From an uncultured Acidobacteriota bacterium (lineage in GTDB: Bacteria; Acidobacteriota; Thermoanaerobaculia; Multivoradales; SZUA-115), in NCBI GenBank assembly GCA_963805975.1, contig CAWDVR010000002.1, positions 480,001 through 544,000 on the forward strand: a stretch of 64,000 nt of DNA, read 5' to 3'. Each line of letters opens with the position of its first letter. Position 1 is the first letter of the stretch. Positions 1-9,597 of this stretch are shown in pieces. The position numbers were made by a program, and so were the translations under genes. Below the pieces are notes generated by a model. It saw only the letters and a program-made list of their open reading frames with translations. It was not told the DNA's origin and ran no database searches.

Positions 1-1
1 G

Positions 2-1810
2 GACCGCGACCTCGCGGCCTCGACCTCCTACGGTTACCAGGTCGGAGCGTTCAACAACCAGGGTGAGAAGAAGAGCGCGGTGGTCGGCGTGACGACCCCC
101 GCCGTCACCCCGATCACCGTCGCCGTCGACGCTCCCTCGGGCCCGATCACCGCCGGCGAGCCGTTCACGCTCACGGCGACCTTCACCGGGCCCGGCGAGA
201 GCGCCGACTGGACCTTCGGCGGCAACACCGCCGGCGTGTCGCAGGAACCCTGCGACGCCGGCCGCTTCTGTGCCACCCACATCTTCCGCGCTGCCGGCAC
301 TTACACGGTCGCGATCGACGTGCTGGGCGACCTGGGCCAGACGGCAGAAGGCAGTCGCACGGTGACCGTCATCGGTTCCCCGGCGGCCTTCACCACCGAG
401 GAGTCGCTGATCCAGAGCGTGATCTTCGGCCCGCGCGGCGACACCGGCACCTTCAAGAGCAATTGCTGGGTGCACAACGCGGGCGACGAGGCGGCGCTGG
501 TCGAGATCTCCTACCTGCTGCGCGGCAGCTCCAATCCCGCGCCCGAGACCCGCGAGCTGGTGGTCGACGGCGGCTCTTCCGTGCTGCTAGAGAACCTGGT
601 CTCGCGGCTCTTCGGCGAGACCAACAGCCAGGGGGCCCTGGCGCTCGCCTACCACGCTCCCGGCGGCGACCCGAGCCCGGACGTGCGCACCGTCTGCCGC
701 TCGTTCGTCGAGCTGCCCGGCAGCGCCGCGAGCTTCGGCCTCTTCGTTCCCGAGAACGTCGCCTCCACCTGGACCGCCGAGCCGAAGGTGGCGGCCGGGG
801 TGCTCGAGGGCGGCGGCTTCGCGTCGAACGTCCAGGCCTTCAACGTGGACGCGAGCGGCGGCACGGTCTTCGTCGAGGTGCTCGACGCCAACGGGCTGGC
901 CCTGGGCCCGCCGGCCGGCCTCGCCTTGGGTGGCCGCAGCATACGCTCCCGCCCGCTCGCCCAGCTCTATCCCGGCGCCGGCAGCCGGCCCGGCCCCTTC
1001 ACCGCCCGCTTCACCTCGACCGGCATCCGCTTCGTCGCCTCGGTGACTCTCCTCGAGCTCGCTTCCGAGGACCAGATCTTCGTCAACGCCGCGCCGGCCG
1101 ACACGGCCAACCCCGTGTTCGTGCCCCGCATCTCGCGTGCGCAGGGCCAGTTCAACGCCTTCCTGGTCAGCCAGCTGATCGCCAAGAACAACTCGGCAGA
1201 GGCGACCACGCTCGAGATCCAGCTCTGGAAGCGCGGTGAGGCGAACCTCGCCCCGCAGACCGTCACCCGGGTGATCCCCGGCAGCGGCGTGTTGGTGGTG
1301 GGGGACGTCATCCAGGACCTCTTCGGCCTCGCGGAAGGGGCCGGCGCCTTGCGCATCTCGTGGTCGAACGCCGACAACCTGGCGCCTCGCATCCAGACCT
1401 ACTCGTTCAACCAGAGCCAGGGCGGGCAGGGCGCCCGTTTCGGCATGCTAGTCGACTCCCGGCCGGCCGCCTCGGCCACGGCGGCGGCGGGCCATGACTT
1501 CGGCGCCGAGCAGTCCGCGCTCTTCCGCGCCGACTTCGGGCTGCTGAACCTCGGCACCGGCGGCACCCAGGTGAAGGCCGTCCTGCGCGAAGCCGATGGC
1601 GACGTCCGGGCGACGGCCACGCTCATCCTGCAGCCGCAGCAGCACCTGGAGCGCAACGTGGCCGGCATCTTCCAGAACGTGGCGATCGGTGAAGGCAGGA
1701 ACTGGACGGTCGAGACCGAGGTGCTGGCGGGTGGTCCGATCCTCTCCTACCTGGCCAACATCAACGCCAGCGGCGACATCTTCTTCGTCCCCGGACGACC
1801 CAAAGAATAA
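2..1810 (+). CDS. Large secreted protein, 5'-truncated by window edge: FN3 end, PKD domain and two repeated beta-rich domains
   Basis: Frame is open from base 2 (DRDLAASTSYGYQVGAFNNQG, an FN3-like C-terminal strand). PKD-like WTFGG...THIFRAAGTYTV follows. Stop TAA at 1810. Confidence 0.75.
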   Translation, partial: DRDLAASTSYGYQVGAFNNQGEKKSAVVGVTTPAVTPITVAVDAPSGPITAGEPFTLTATFTGPGESADWTFGGNTAGVSQEPCDAGRFCATHIFRAAGTYTVAIDVLGDLGQTAEGSRTVTVIGSPAAFTTEESLIQSVIFGPRGDTGTFKSNCWVHNAGDEAALVEISYLLRGSSNPAPETRELVVDGGSSVLLENLVSRLFGETNSQGALALAYHAPGGDPSPDVRTVCRSFVELPGSAASFGLFVPENVASTWTAEPKVAAGVLEGGGFASNVQAFNVDASGGTVFVEVLDANGLALGPPAGLALGGRSIRSRPLAQLYPGAGSRPGPFTARFTSTGIRFVASVTLLELASEDQIFVNAAPADTANPVFVPRISRAQGQFNAFLVSQLIAKNNSAEATTLEIQLWKRGEANLAPQTVTRVIPGSGVLVVGDVIQDLFGLAEGAGALRISWSNADNLAPRIQTYSFNQSQGGQGARFGMLVDSRPAASATAAAGHDFGAEQSALFRADFGLLNLGTGGTQVKAVLREADGDVRATATLILQPQQHLERNVAGIFQNVAIGEGRNWTVETEVLAGGPILSYLANINASGDIFFVPGRPKE

Positions 1811-1818
1811 GTCGGAAC

Positions 1819-1886
1819 GCCGGCTCACAAGCCGGCGCGCAACTACGCTGCCCCGCGGCCAGCCCGCGGCGCGGGCAGCCTTCTTC
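1819..1886 (+). terminator. Two GC-rich hairpins after the stop, possible intrinsic terminator
   Basis: gccggct-caca-agccggc, then gctgccc...gggcagc followed by cttctt. Confidence 0.45.
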
Positions 1887-1936
1887 AACGCTCCGAAGCA
1901 CTGAGTATAACTTCTTTCCTGTCAGCCAGTTGCGAG

Positions 1937-2041
1937 GTTTGCACAGGAACCTGTTCAAAACGCTGTAACGCCTTGAAATCGGCCTCAAACTCGATCTGGC
2001 GAGGCCTTTTCCGCGGAGTTTTCCGCAGCGGCTGTGGAGAT
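1937..2041. promoter_or_regulatory. Cluster of DnaA-box-like 9-mers with an IHF-like site
   Basis: Five 9-mers within 1-2 mismatches of TTWTNCACA or its complement. TAACGCCTTGAAA at 1966-1978 is one mismatch from the IHF consensus. Confidence 0.4.
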
Positions 2042-2081
2042 CTCTCGCGGCGCGCCGCGAAACCCCTGCCAGATATTGAGG

Positions 2082-4079
2082 TTAGGGCCCTCGGCCCGGC
2101 CACGGCAGCGGCGGAGCACAGCTCTCTCGGGGAAACGCCGCGGCTTCCGAGCTCCGCAGCACCGCTGCCGCCGGCATCGTGATCTCGCGCAGCCGCGACG
2201 CGGAGACCGGCACCGAGAACCACTCGGTGGTCCAGGGGAGGAGCCGGAAGGCGTAGAGCGAAGCCCCGCCCTGGAGGTCGTCGAAGCCCAACCCCAGGGC
2301 AGCCTCGCCACCGTCCTCGCTCACCGCCTGCACCAGGAGCGCCGCCATGGCTTCCCGCCAGCCGGGGTCGATGCCGGGCCAGGCGAGGAGCGCTCGCCGC
2401 GCCTCGGGCACCAGCTCCGGGCTCTCCTGCCACAGCCTGGCCGCCGCCAGGCGCGGCTCCGCGAGCAACGCCCGCACGCCGCAGAGCGCGGCATCCGAGC
2501 GGCCGGGGTCGATCGCCGCCAGCAGGTACGGGGCCGCAGCGGCGAGAGGGTCGAGAGCGAGGGCGCGCCGCAGCATGCCCTCGGCCTCCTCACTCAGGTC
2601 CGCGGGCTGCCTCTCGGCCAACATCGCCGCCGACACCCACAGCATGCCGAGGCCGCGCGCCTCGAGCGCGGCGCCGTAGGCAAGCTCCGCGTTGCCCTCG
2701 CCGCACCAGGCGAGCCGGGCGCGATAGAGCGGCAGGCGGGGATCGAGGCGCGCGGCCTCCTCGAGGTCGATACAGGCTTCCTCCGGCGTGCTGGCCTGCC
2801 TCGCCTGCTCGTACGCCTGCCGTGCCTGGGAAACACGCCAGGACGCCGGTAGGACCACGAGCAGCAAGCCGGCCGCCAACACCACCGGCAGCCAGCGCAG
2901 CCCGCCCCCCATTCGGCTCTTGAGGGCTCGGCGCTCGGGGGCTCTGCTCTCGCCGGCCGCCAGCACCGCGCCGCAGGCGACGGCCATGGCCAAAGGCACG
3001 GCGGTGACCGCCAGCCACGCCTCCGCCAGACCGCCGGCGGCGCCGCCGGCCAGGGAAGCGACCCCTGCCACGAGCAGAGTCGGGTCTGCCGCCCGACCTC
3101 CCGGACGCAGAGCCCGCCACAGAAAGAACACGAACGCCGTGACGAGGAGCGCCAGGCCCGGCAGACCCAGCTCGTAGGCGAGTTGCAACGGCGAGCTGTG
3201 GAGCGTACCGACCACCTCCGACGGCGGGTTGATCCCCGGCCGCGGCGAGAGATGCTCCGCGATCGTCCACGGCACCGAGCCGCTCCCCCAGCCGAGGAGC
3301 GGACGCTCGAGGATCCCCTCCCAGCCGGCTCGCCAGTAGGTCGCGCGGGCGGCGAGCGAGGGGTCCGCACCGGCGGTGAGAGAGGCCAGCCGCGGCCCCT
3401 GGAAGGCGAGCGCCGCCAGGGCCGCGGCGGCGAGCCACAGCCGGTAGCGCCCGAACCACAGCGCGGCGAACGCCGCCTCGACGGCCAGCGCCAGGGCGCC
3501 GGCAAGCGAGCGGGTGGCAACGAGCGCTGCCAGCCCGGTGAGGCAGGCGAGCCCGGCCAGAGTGCGGTGGAGCCCACGCTCGCGCAGACCGACCGCGGCC
3601 AGCGGCAGCCCGATCACCAGCCAGGCCGCGAGGAGGTTGTGATGCCCGAGGGGAAGCGCCGGCCGGGGATCGCCCGCCAGCAGCCAGCGGCCGAGCGCCC
3701 AGACGGAAAGGACGAAGATCACGGCGGCGACCCCCGCCAGGCCTCGCCGTCGCTCCTCCGGCCCACGCCAGCAAGCCGCGACCAACCAGGGAACGCCGAG
3801 CCAGAGCGTCACGGGCAGGAGAGGGCCGCCCTGGGCCGCGGCGAAGCCCGAAAGGGCCGCGCTCAGCCCGAGCACCGCCGCCGGCACGGCCAGCGGCAGC
3901 CAGCTCCAGAGCGAGAGCCGCGGCAGGCGGTCCAGGGCGTGGAGCAGGAGAACGGCCGCCCCCACCGCGAGCAGGGCGATCTCCGCCGTCAGGCCACCCG
4001 CCGCCGTGCTCCCGCCGCCCAGCGTGCCGCACCAGGCCGCGAAGACGGCGAGCAGCACGGCCGGCAGGAGGGCGCGCAC
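2082..4079 (-). CDS. O-antigen ligase (Wzy_C) family membrane protein with C-terminal TPR-like region
   Basis: Many TM segments. Motifs TRSLAG, RATYW, RPLLGWGSGS, LHSSPLQLAYELGLPG. Confidence 0.8.
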   Translation of the reverse strand: MRALLPAVLLAVFAAWCGTLGGGSTAAGGLTAEIALLAVGAAVLLLHALDRLPRLSLWSWLPLAVPAAVLGLSAALSGFAAAQGGPLLPVTLWLGVPWLVAACWRGPEERRRGLAGVAAVIFVLSVWALGRWLLAGDPRPALPLGHHNLLAAWLVIGLPLAAVGLRERGLHRTLAGLACLTGLAALVATRSLAGALALAVEAAFAALWFGRYRLWLAAAALAALAFQGPRLASLTAGADPSLAARATYWRAGWEGILERPLLGWGSGSVPWTIAEHLSPRPGINPPSEVVGTLHSSPLQLAYELGLPGLALLVTAFVFFLWRALRPGGRAADPTLLVAGVASLAGGAAGGLAEAWLAVTAVPLAMAVACGAVLAAGESRAPERRALKSRMGGGLRWLPVVLAAGLLLVVLPASWRVSQARQAYEQARQASTPEEACIDLEEAARLDPRLPLYRARLAWCGEGNAELAYGAALEARGLGMLWVSAAMLAERQPADLSEEAEGMLRRALALDPLAAAAPYLLAAIDPGRSDAALCGVRALLAEPRLAAARLWQESPELVPEARRALLAWPGIDPGWREAMAALLVQAVSEDGGEAALGLGFDDLQGGASLYAFRLLPWTTEWFSVPVSASRLREITMPAAAVLRSSEAAAFPRESCAPPLPWPGRGP

Positions 4080-4221
4080 CGCGGCATTGTACGAGTGTGA
4101 GCTCTCCCCGGAAGGTCGAGCCCGGCCTTTGCGATATCCTCGGCCCTCGCCGCCCGCCGGGCCGGGGGCACCCGAGCCCCGGTGCGCAAGTCAGCGGGCG
4201 GCCAACCCTGGAGACAGATCC

Positions 4222-5757
4222 ATGACTGTAGCGACTGAGTCCCAGGTCGAGCGCCTGCTCGCCGACCTCGAGCTGTCCGACGACAACCCGGGCGCCTTCG
4301 ACGGCGTCTGGATCGACACTCGCGGCGAGCGCGTGGTGTCTTTGAACCCGGCCACGGGCGAGCCGATCGCCTCCGTGCGCCAGGCGACCGCCGCCGACTA
4401 CGAGCGCGTGGCGGCCGCGGCCCACCAGGCGTTCCTCGACTGGCGCACCTGGCCGGCGCCCCGGCGCGGCGAGGTGGTGCGCCTCTTGGGCGAAGAGCTG
4501 CGGCGCCTGAAAGAGCCGCTCGGCCGGCTGGTGTCGCTCGAGGTGGGCAAGATCTCGAGCGAGGGCCAGGGCGAGGTGCAGGAGATGATCGACATGTGCG
4601 ACTTCGCCGTCGGCCTGTCGCGCCAGCTCTACGGCCTCTCCATGCACTCCGAACGGCCCCAGCACCGCATGTTCGAGCAGTGGCACCCGCTGGGCGTGGT
4701 AGGCATCATCTCCGCCTTCAACTTCCCGGTCGCGGTGTGGTCCTGGAACGCGGCGCTCGCCGCCGTCTGCGGCGACTCGATGATCTGGAAGCCGTCGCAC
4801 CAGGCGCCGCTGACCGCGCTCGCCGTCACCAAGATCGCCGAGCGGGTGCTGAAGGCTTCGGGAGCGCCGCCGATCTTCACCCTCGCCATGGGCGACCGCA
4901 AGGAGGTCGGTGAGCGCATGACGGCCGATCCACGGGTGGCCCTGGTGTCGGCCACCGGCTCGACGCGCATGGGCCGCGAGGTGGGCAAGGCGCTCTCCGA
5001 ACGCTTCGGCCGCGCGCTCCTCGAGCTGGGCGGCAACAACGGCATCGTGGTGATGGACGACGCCGATCTCGACCTCGCCCTCCGCGCCGTGCTGTTCGCG
5101 GCCGTGGGCACCGCCGGCCAGCGCTGCACCACCACCCGGCGGCTCTTCCTGCAAAAGGGCATCGCCGCCGAGATGAAGCGCCGGCTGGTCGAGGCCTACG
5201 GCTCGATCCGCATCGGTGATCCGCTGGTCCCGGGAACGCTCATGGGCCCGGTGATCGACGAGACGGCGATCTCCAACATGATGGCGGCGCTCGAGGTGGT
5301 GAAGACCCAGGGCGGGCGCATCCTCTACGGCGGCCGGCGGCTGGACCGGCCCGGCTTCTTCGTCGAGCCGACGCTGGTCGAGGCCGTGCCGCACATGCCG
5401 ATCACCTGCGAGGAGACCTTCGCACCGATCCTCTACCTCTTCGAGTTCGAGGGCCTGGGCGAGGCGATCGAGCTGCACAACAGTGTGCCGCAGGGCCTGT
5501 CGTCGGCGATCTTCACGCTCAACATGCGCTCTGCCGAGCGCTTCCTGGCCGCGACCGGCAGCGACTGCGGCATCGCCAACGTCAACATCGGCACCTCGGG
5601 GGCGGAGATCGGCGGCGCCTTCGGCGGCGAGAAGGAGACCGGTGGCGGGCGCGAGGCGGGCTCGGACTCCTGGAAGCTCTACATGCGCCGGCAGACCTGC
5701 ACGGTGAACTGGGGCGAGGCGCTGCCGCTCGCCCAGGGTGTCGAGTTCGACGTCTAG
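4222..5757 (+). CDS. Aldehyde dehydrogenase, ALDH7/antiquitin (piperideine-6-carboxylate dehydrogenase-like)
   Basis: ISAFNFPVAVW, LELGGNN, GTAGQRCTT, EETFAP, GAEIGGAFGGEKETGGGRE. ATG at 4222 after GGAG. Confidence 0.9.
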   Translation: MTVATESQVERLLADLELSDDNPGAFDGVWIDTRGERVVSLNPATGEPIASVRQATAADYERVAAAAHQAFLDWRTWPAPRRGEVVRLLGEELRRLKEPLGRLVSLEVGKISSEGQGEVQEMIDMCDFAVGLSRQLYGLSMHSERPQHRMFEQWHPLGVVGIISAFNFPVAVWSWNAALAAVCGDSMIWKPSHQAPLTALAVTKIAERVLKASGAPPIFTLAMGDRKEVGERMTADPRVALVSATGSTRMGREVGKALSERFGRALLELGGNNGIVVMDDADLDLALRAVLFAAVGTAGQRCTTTRRLFLQKGIAAEMKRRLVEAYGSIRIGDPLVPGTLMGPVIDETAISNMMAALEVVKTQGGRILYGGRRLDRPGFFVEPTLVEAVPHMPITCEETFAPILYLFEFEGLGEAIELHNSVPQGLSSAIFTLNMRSAERFLAATGSDCGIANVNIGTSGAEIGGAFGGEKETGGGREAGSDSWKLYMRRQTCTVNWGEALPLAQGVEFDV

Positions 5758-5769
5758 ACGAGGCCGGCG

Positions 5770-7053
5770 TCAGGCCAGCCGCAGCACGTGGTACGACTTC
5801 TTGCCGCGGCGCAGGATGACGAACTCCCCGGCCAGCACGTCGGCCTCGCCGACCACATGGCCGGGATCGGCGACGCGCCGGTTGTTGAGGTAGACGCCGC
5901 CGGCCGCGATGGCGGTTCGCGCCTGGGCCTTCGACGGGGCGAGCCCGGAGGCCGCCAGGACCGCGGGGAGCGCCGCCTCCGCGGTCCCCAGGGCCGCTCG
6001 CGGCAGCGCGGTCGAAGGCGCCTGCGCGAACGCCTCGCGCACCGCCTGGTCCGAGAGCGACGCCAGATCCTCGCCGCGGAAGAGCACCTGCGCCGTGTGC
6101 TCGGCCCTCTCCACCGCCGCGGCACCGTGCACGGCACGGGTGACCTCTCCGGCGAGCACCCGTTGCGCCTCGCGCTTCTCCGGCTCGGCCTCGGCCACGC
6201 GGGCCAGCTCTTCGATCTCGGCCAGCGGCATGAAGGTGAAGCTCTTCAGGTAGCGGACGACGTCGGAGTCCTCGGTGTTGTACCAGAACTGGTAGAGCTC
6301 GTAGGGCGAGGTCAGCTCGGGATCGAGCCACACGTTGCCCTGCTCGGACTTGCCGAACTTCTTGCCGTCGGCGCGGGTCATCAAGGGCATCGTGAGCCCG
6401 AAGGCGAGGGCGCCCCGCTGGCGGCGGATGAGGTCGGCGCCGGCGACGATGTTCCCCCACTGGTCGCTGCCCCCCATCTGCAGCCGGCAGCCGTAGCGGT
6501 CGTAGAGCTCCTGGAAGTCGTAGGCCTGGAGCAGGGAGTATGAGAACTCGGTGAAGGAGATCCCCTGATCGCGCGACTCCAGGCGCACGCGCACCGAGTC
6601 CTTGGCCACCATCGCGTTGACCGAGAAATGCTTGCCGACGTCGCGCAGGAAGTCGATCAGGTTGAGCGAGCAGAGCCAGTCCGCGTTGTCGACCAGCACC
6701 GCGCCGCGCGGGCCCTCGAAGTCGAGGAACTTCTCGAGCTGCGAGCGCAGGCCGGCGAGGTTCTGCGCCAGCCTCTCGCGGGTCAGCATCGGGCGCTCGG
6801 ACTCTTTGCCGGAAGGGTCGCCGATCAGGCCGGTGCCGCCCCCGACGAGGGCGATCGGGCGATGGCCCGCACGCTGCAGGCGCGCCAGGGCCAGGGCCGG
6901 CAACAGGCTGCCGACGTGCAGGCTGGCGGCCGTGGGGTCGAAGCCGATGTAGGCGGTGAGCGGCTCCGAGCCCATCAACGTTCGGAGCTCCGGCGCCGTG
7001 ACCTGGTGTACCAGGCCGCGCTGCTCGAGATCGGAAACAAAGCTCGCGTTCAT
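5770..7053 (-). CDS. tyrS: Tyrosine--tRNA ligase
   Basis: YIGFDPTAASLHVGS, QMGGSDQWGNI, KFGKS, C-terminal S4 domain ending RRGKK. Start set at ATG 7053. Confidence 0.97.
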   Translation of the reverse strand: MNASFVSDLEQRGLVHQVTAPELRTLMGSEPLTAYIGFDPTAASLHVGSLLPALALARLQRAGHRPIALVGGGTGLIGDPSGKESERPMLTRERLAQNLAGLRSQLEKFLDFEGPRGAVLVDNADWLCSLNLIDFLRDVGKHFSVNAMVAKDSVRVRLESRDQGISFTEFSYSLLQAYDFQELYDRYGCRLQMGGSDQWGNIVAGADLIRRQRGALAFGLTMPLMTRADGKKFGKSEQGNVWLDPELTSPYELYQFWYNTEDSDVVRYLKSFTFMPLAEIEELARVAEAEPEKREAQRVLAGEVTRAVHGAAAVERAEHTAQVLFRGEDLASLSDQAVREAFAQAPSTALPRAALGTAEAALPAVLAASGLAPSKAQARTAIAAGGVYLNNRRVADPGHVVGEADVLAGEFVILRRGKKSYHVLRLA

Positions 7054-7105
7054 CTCGGCCGGCCACTCGGTGAGCGATCGATCGTACAGGCCGCTCTCCG
7101 AGAGG

Positions 7106-8005
7106 TCAAACCTTTGGGCCCGGAGCATCTCGGCGATCGGGCCGGACCGCGGCGAGCGCCCCGGGCACCACCTCGAAGCGCATGCCCTCCGGCCCCACCG
7201 GCACCAGGCGCTCGCCGTCGCCGTAGACGTGCATCGGCCGGTCGAGACGGACGTGGGCCCAGGGGGTCTGCACGGTGAAGACCGCCGGATGCCCGAGATG
7301 AGTGCCCTTGTAGACCTTGGGGAAAACGCGGAGGAAGGTGGCCCGCGACACTTTCCTCACCACCACCAGGTCCAGCAGGCCGTCGTCGAGCCGCGCCTCG
7401 GGGGCGACCCGCATGCCGCCGCCGAAACGCGGTGTATTGGCCGCGAGCATCATCATCCCCTCGCCCGCGAAGCGGCCGCCCTCGAAGTCGATCGTGTAGG
7501 CCAGGGGCCTGAAGGTGGCGAGCGTGTGGAGCACGGCGTAGACGTAGATCAGCGGCCCGCGCAGCCGCCGCACGCGGTTCGCAGTCTCGTTGGCCACGCT
7601 GTCGAAGCCGACCCCCGCCACCCCGCCGTAGAGGCGGTCGCCGACGCGCACCAGGTCGATCGGCGACGCGGGCGCGGTGAGACCTGCCTTGACCGCCGCT
7701 TCGAGGTCGAGCGGCATGCCGAGCGAGCAGGCGATGTCGTTGCCGCTGCCGAGCGGCAGGGCCCCGAGGGCACAGGACGAGCCGGCCAGACCCTGGAGGA
7801 CGTAGTGCATCGTGCCGTCACCGCCCGCCGTGAGCAGGCGGGTGGCGCCGTCGGCGACCGCCCGCCGCGCCTCCCGGGTGAGGTCGGCGGCGTCCCGGCT
7901 CGCGACGAGCTCGGCCCCCTCCTCGGCGGCGAGCCGCCCGAGGCGGGCCGCGGAGCGGGCGGCGCGGCCCCGCCCGCCGCCGGGGTTGAGCAGGAACCGG
8001 ATCAC
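7106..8005 (-). CDS. Diacylglycerol/lipid kinase family protein (YegS/DagK-like)
   Basis: NPGGG, AGGDGT, PLGSGND, FGGGM, DDGLLD, GDGE motifs. Confidence 0.9.
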   Translation of the reverse strand: MIRFLLNPGGGRGRAARSAARLGRLAAEEGAELVASRDAADLTREARRAVADGATRLLTAGGDGTMHYVLQGLAGSSCALGALPLGSGNDIACSLGMPLDLEAAVKAGLTAPASPIDLVRVGDRLYGGVAGVGFDSVANETANRVRRLRGPLIYVYAVLHTLATFRPLAYTIDFEGGRFAGEGMMMLAANTPRFGGGMRVAPEARLDDGLLDLVVVRKVSRATFLRVFPKVYKGTHLGHPAVFTVQTPWAHVRLDRPMHVYGDGERLVPVGPEGMRFEVVPGALAAVRPDRRDAPGPKV

Positions 8006-8051
8006 GAGGCCGCGATTCTACGGGATGGGCCTCTGCGGGTAGGATTCGCCT

Positions 8052-8375
8052 ATGCCCAAGCCGCGGTTCCAGATCCTGGTCTGCACCAACGAGCGCGAGC
8101 CCGGCGCCAAGAAGCCGAGCTGCGGCCCGCGCGGCGCTCTGGAGGTCTACCGCCAGCTCAAGGACCGCGTCAAGGAGCGCGGCCTGCGCGGCGAGGTGAT
8201 GGTGGTGCGTACCGGCTGCCTCAAGCACTGCAGCCGCGGCATCACCGTGGCCTGCTGGCCCCAGAACGCCTGGTACGCGCGGGTGGGGACCAAGGACGTG
8301 GACGAGATCCTCGATGCCACGGTGAGCGGGAGAGAGGTGGATCGGCTCAAGATGCCGGACATTCCGTGGGAGTGA
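8052..8375 (+). CDS. Thioredoxin-like (2Fe-2S) ferredoxin
   Basis: ILVCTN...SC...TGCLKHC...P..WY pattern with four Cys ligands. Confidence 0.85.
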   Translation: MPKPRFQILVCTNEREPGAKKPSCGPRGALEVYRQLKDRVKERGLRGEVMVVRTGCLKHCSRGITVACWPQNAWYARVGTKDVDEILDATVSGREVDRLKMPDIPWE

Positions 8376-8397
8376 GCGGGGGCCTGAGGCCTCGCGC

Positions 8398-8772
8398 TCA
8401 CTTCTTGGCCAGGTAGATCACACCGGGGAGCTCCGCAAAGTCCACGTCGCTGGTGATGAGCTCCGCCGCGTGTACGAGCGCAGTGGCGTAGACCACGGCG
8501 TCGGCCATCGCCAGGCGATGCTCCAGGCCGAGGTCAGCCGCACCGAGCGCCAGGCTTGGGCTCAAGGGGACCAGCTTGCCTTTTTCCATGCTGGCGACGA
8601 CCAAGAGTGCCGAATCTTCTCCACGGACTCGTTTCGTCCAGCGGTAGACCTCGTACATCACGATCGTCGGAATGAGCAGCTCCGAAGGGTCGGCGAGATG
8701 GGCCTGGTACGCATCAGCCAACGGGCCGTCGCTGAGCAGCTCGATCCAGCCGGAGGAATCCACCAGCTTCAA
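8398..8772 (-). CDS. vapC: Type II TA toxin, VapC/PIN domain
   Basis: LVDSSGWIE, YEV, MADAVVYATA, TSDVDF acidic PIN residues. TTG start overlaps the antitoxin stop. Confidence 0.9.
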   Translation of the reverse strand: MKLVDSSGWIELLSDGPLADAYQAHLADPSELLIPTIVMYEVYRWTKRVRGEDSALLVVASMEKGKLVPLSPSLALGAADLGLEHRLAMADAVVYATALVHAAELITSDVDFAELPGVIYLAKK

Positions 8773-8978
8773 GGGCGATCCCTCTTGTCTCGGTAGTCAG
8801 TCGCCGGTGCGCCTTTCGCGAGCCCTCGAAGCTCCGCTATCGGCCGCTGGGGCACCAGGGTGATCACGCCCCCCTTTGCCACGACGCTGACGGTCTGGCC
8901 AACGGTCAGAGGAACCTCCCTACGAACCTCCTGAGGAATCACAAGTTGGAACTTTGGAGAGATTGTTGCCTGGGCCAT
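8769..8978 (-). CDS. AbrB/MazE-type antitoxin (69 aa)
   Basis: MAQATISPKFQLVIPQEVRR swapped-hairpin signature. AGGAGG RBS. Directly upstream of vapC. Confidence 0.9.
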   Translation of the reverse strand: MAQATISPKFQLVIPQEVRREVPLTVGQTVSVVAKGGVITLVPQRPIAELRGLAKGAPATDYRDKRDRP

Positions 8979-9033
8979 GTCTCCTCCTACATTCGGCCGA
9001 TCGATTGGCTCAGTGTAATACAACGGCGCACGG

Positions 9034-9540
9034 CTAAAGAAAGTACAGCTCCTTGTCCACCTTGGGTCTTCCCCGGCGACCGCGGCCGGCTTTCTTGAGG
9101 CGAAAGAAGTCCTCGAAGCCCTCTTCCTCTCCGGCCGCCCCCTCCCCCATCTCGCTCTCCAGGGCGTCGGGGTCTTCGCCGGCTTCCAGGCGGCGGAGCA
9201 TTTCCTCCATGCGTGGGCCCGCCTCGAGGCCGGCGGCCTCGCCAAAGCGCCGGAGGAGCCGGGCCATCTGCCGGGGGTTCTCCTCGGCGCCCTCGTCGAG
9301 CCCGCCGAAGACCGATTCCATCGCGCCCTCGAGCCGGCTCTCGTCCATGCCGGCCATCGGGTCGTCCTCCCCACCTTCGTCCTCGGCCCTGGGCCTCACC
9401 ATGGCGAAGGAGGAGGGCCTTCGTCCTAGCTGGGGCCGCCCGCAGCGCGGGCAGGCCGGCTGGGCCTCGAGATCGATCCTCGGGGAGAGGAAGCTGAAGA
9501 CGGTATGGCAGTCCGGGCAGTAGAACTCGTAGATCGGCAC
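9034..9540 (-). CDS. FmdB-family zinc-ribbon protein with acidic helical C-terminus
   Basis: GTG start giving MPIYEFYCPDC...CPRCG. Confidence 0.85.
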   Translation of the reverse strand: MPIYEFYCPDCHTVFSFLSPRIDLEAQPACPRCGRPQLGRRPSSFAMVRPRAEDEGGEDDPMAGMDESRLEGAMESVFGGLDEGAEENPRQMARLLRRFGEAAGLEAGPRMEEMLRRLEAGEDPDALESEMGEGAAGEEEGFEDFFRLKKAGRGRRGRPKVDKELYFL

Positions 9541-9597
9541 CTGGCCCTCCGGCGATGCAAGCTCCTGGATCACGGGCATTTTCAGCGCCCTGGCCAG

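Noticed and set aside
1905-2085. Chromosomal oriC
   Set aside because: No dnaA/dnaN/gidA nearby, no perfect DnaA box and no clear unwinding element; kept only as a weaker DnaA-box cluster
2590-5478. 962-aa minus-strand ORF and other long ORFs such as 29508-32411, 40382-43174 and 54734-58084
   Set aside because: Antisense or off-frame shadows of well-supported genes, expected in high-GC DNA; no motifs of their own
7054-7128. T-box riboswitch or N-terminal extension of tyrS
   Set aside because: The spacer to the upstream gene is only about 50 bp with no T-box motif; the extension has no TyrS similarity
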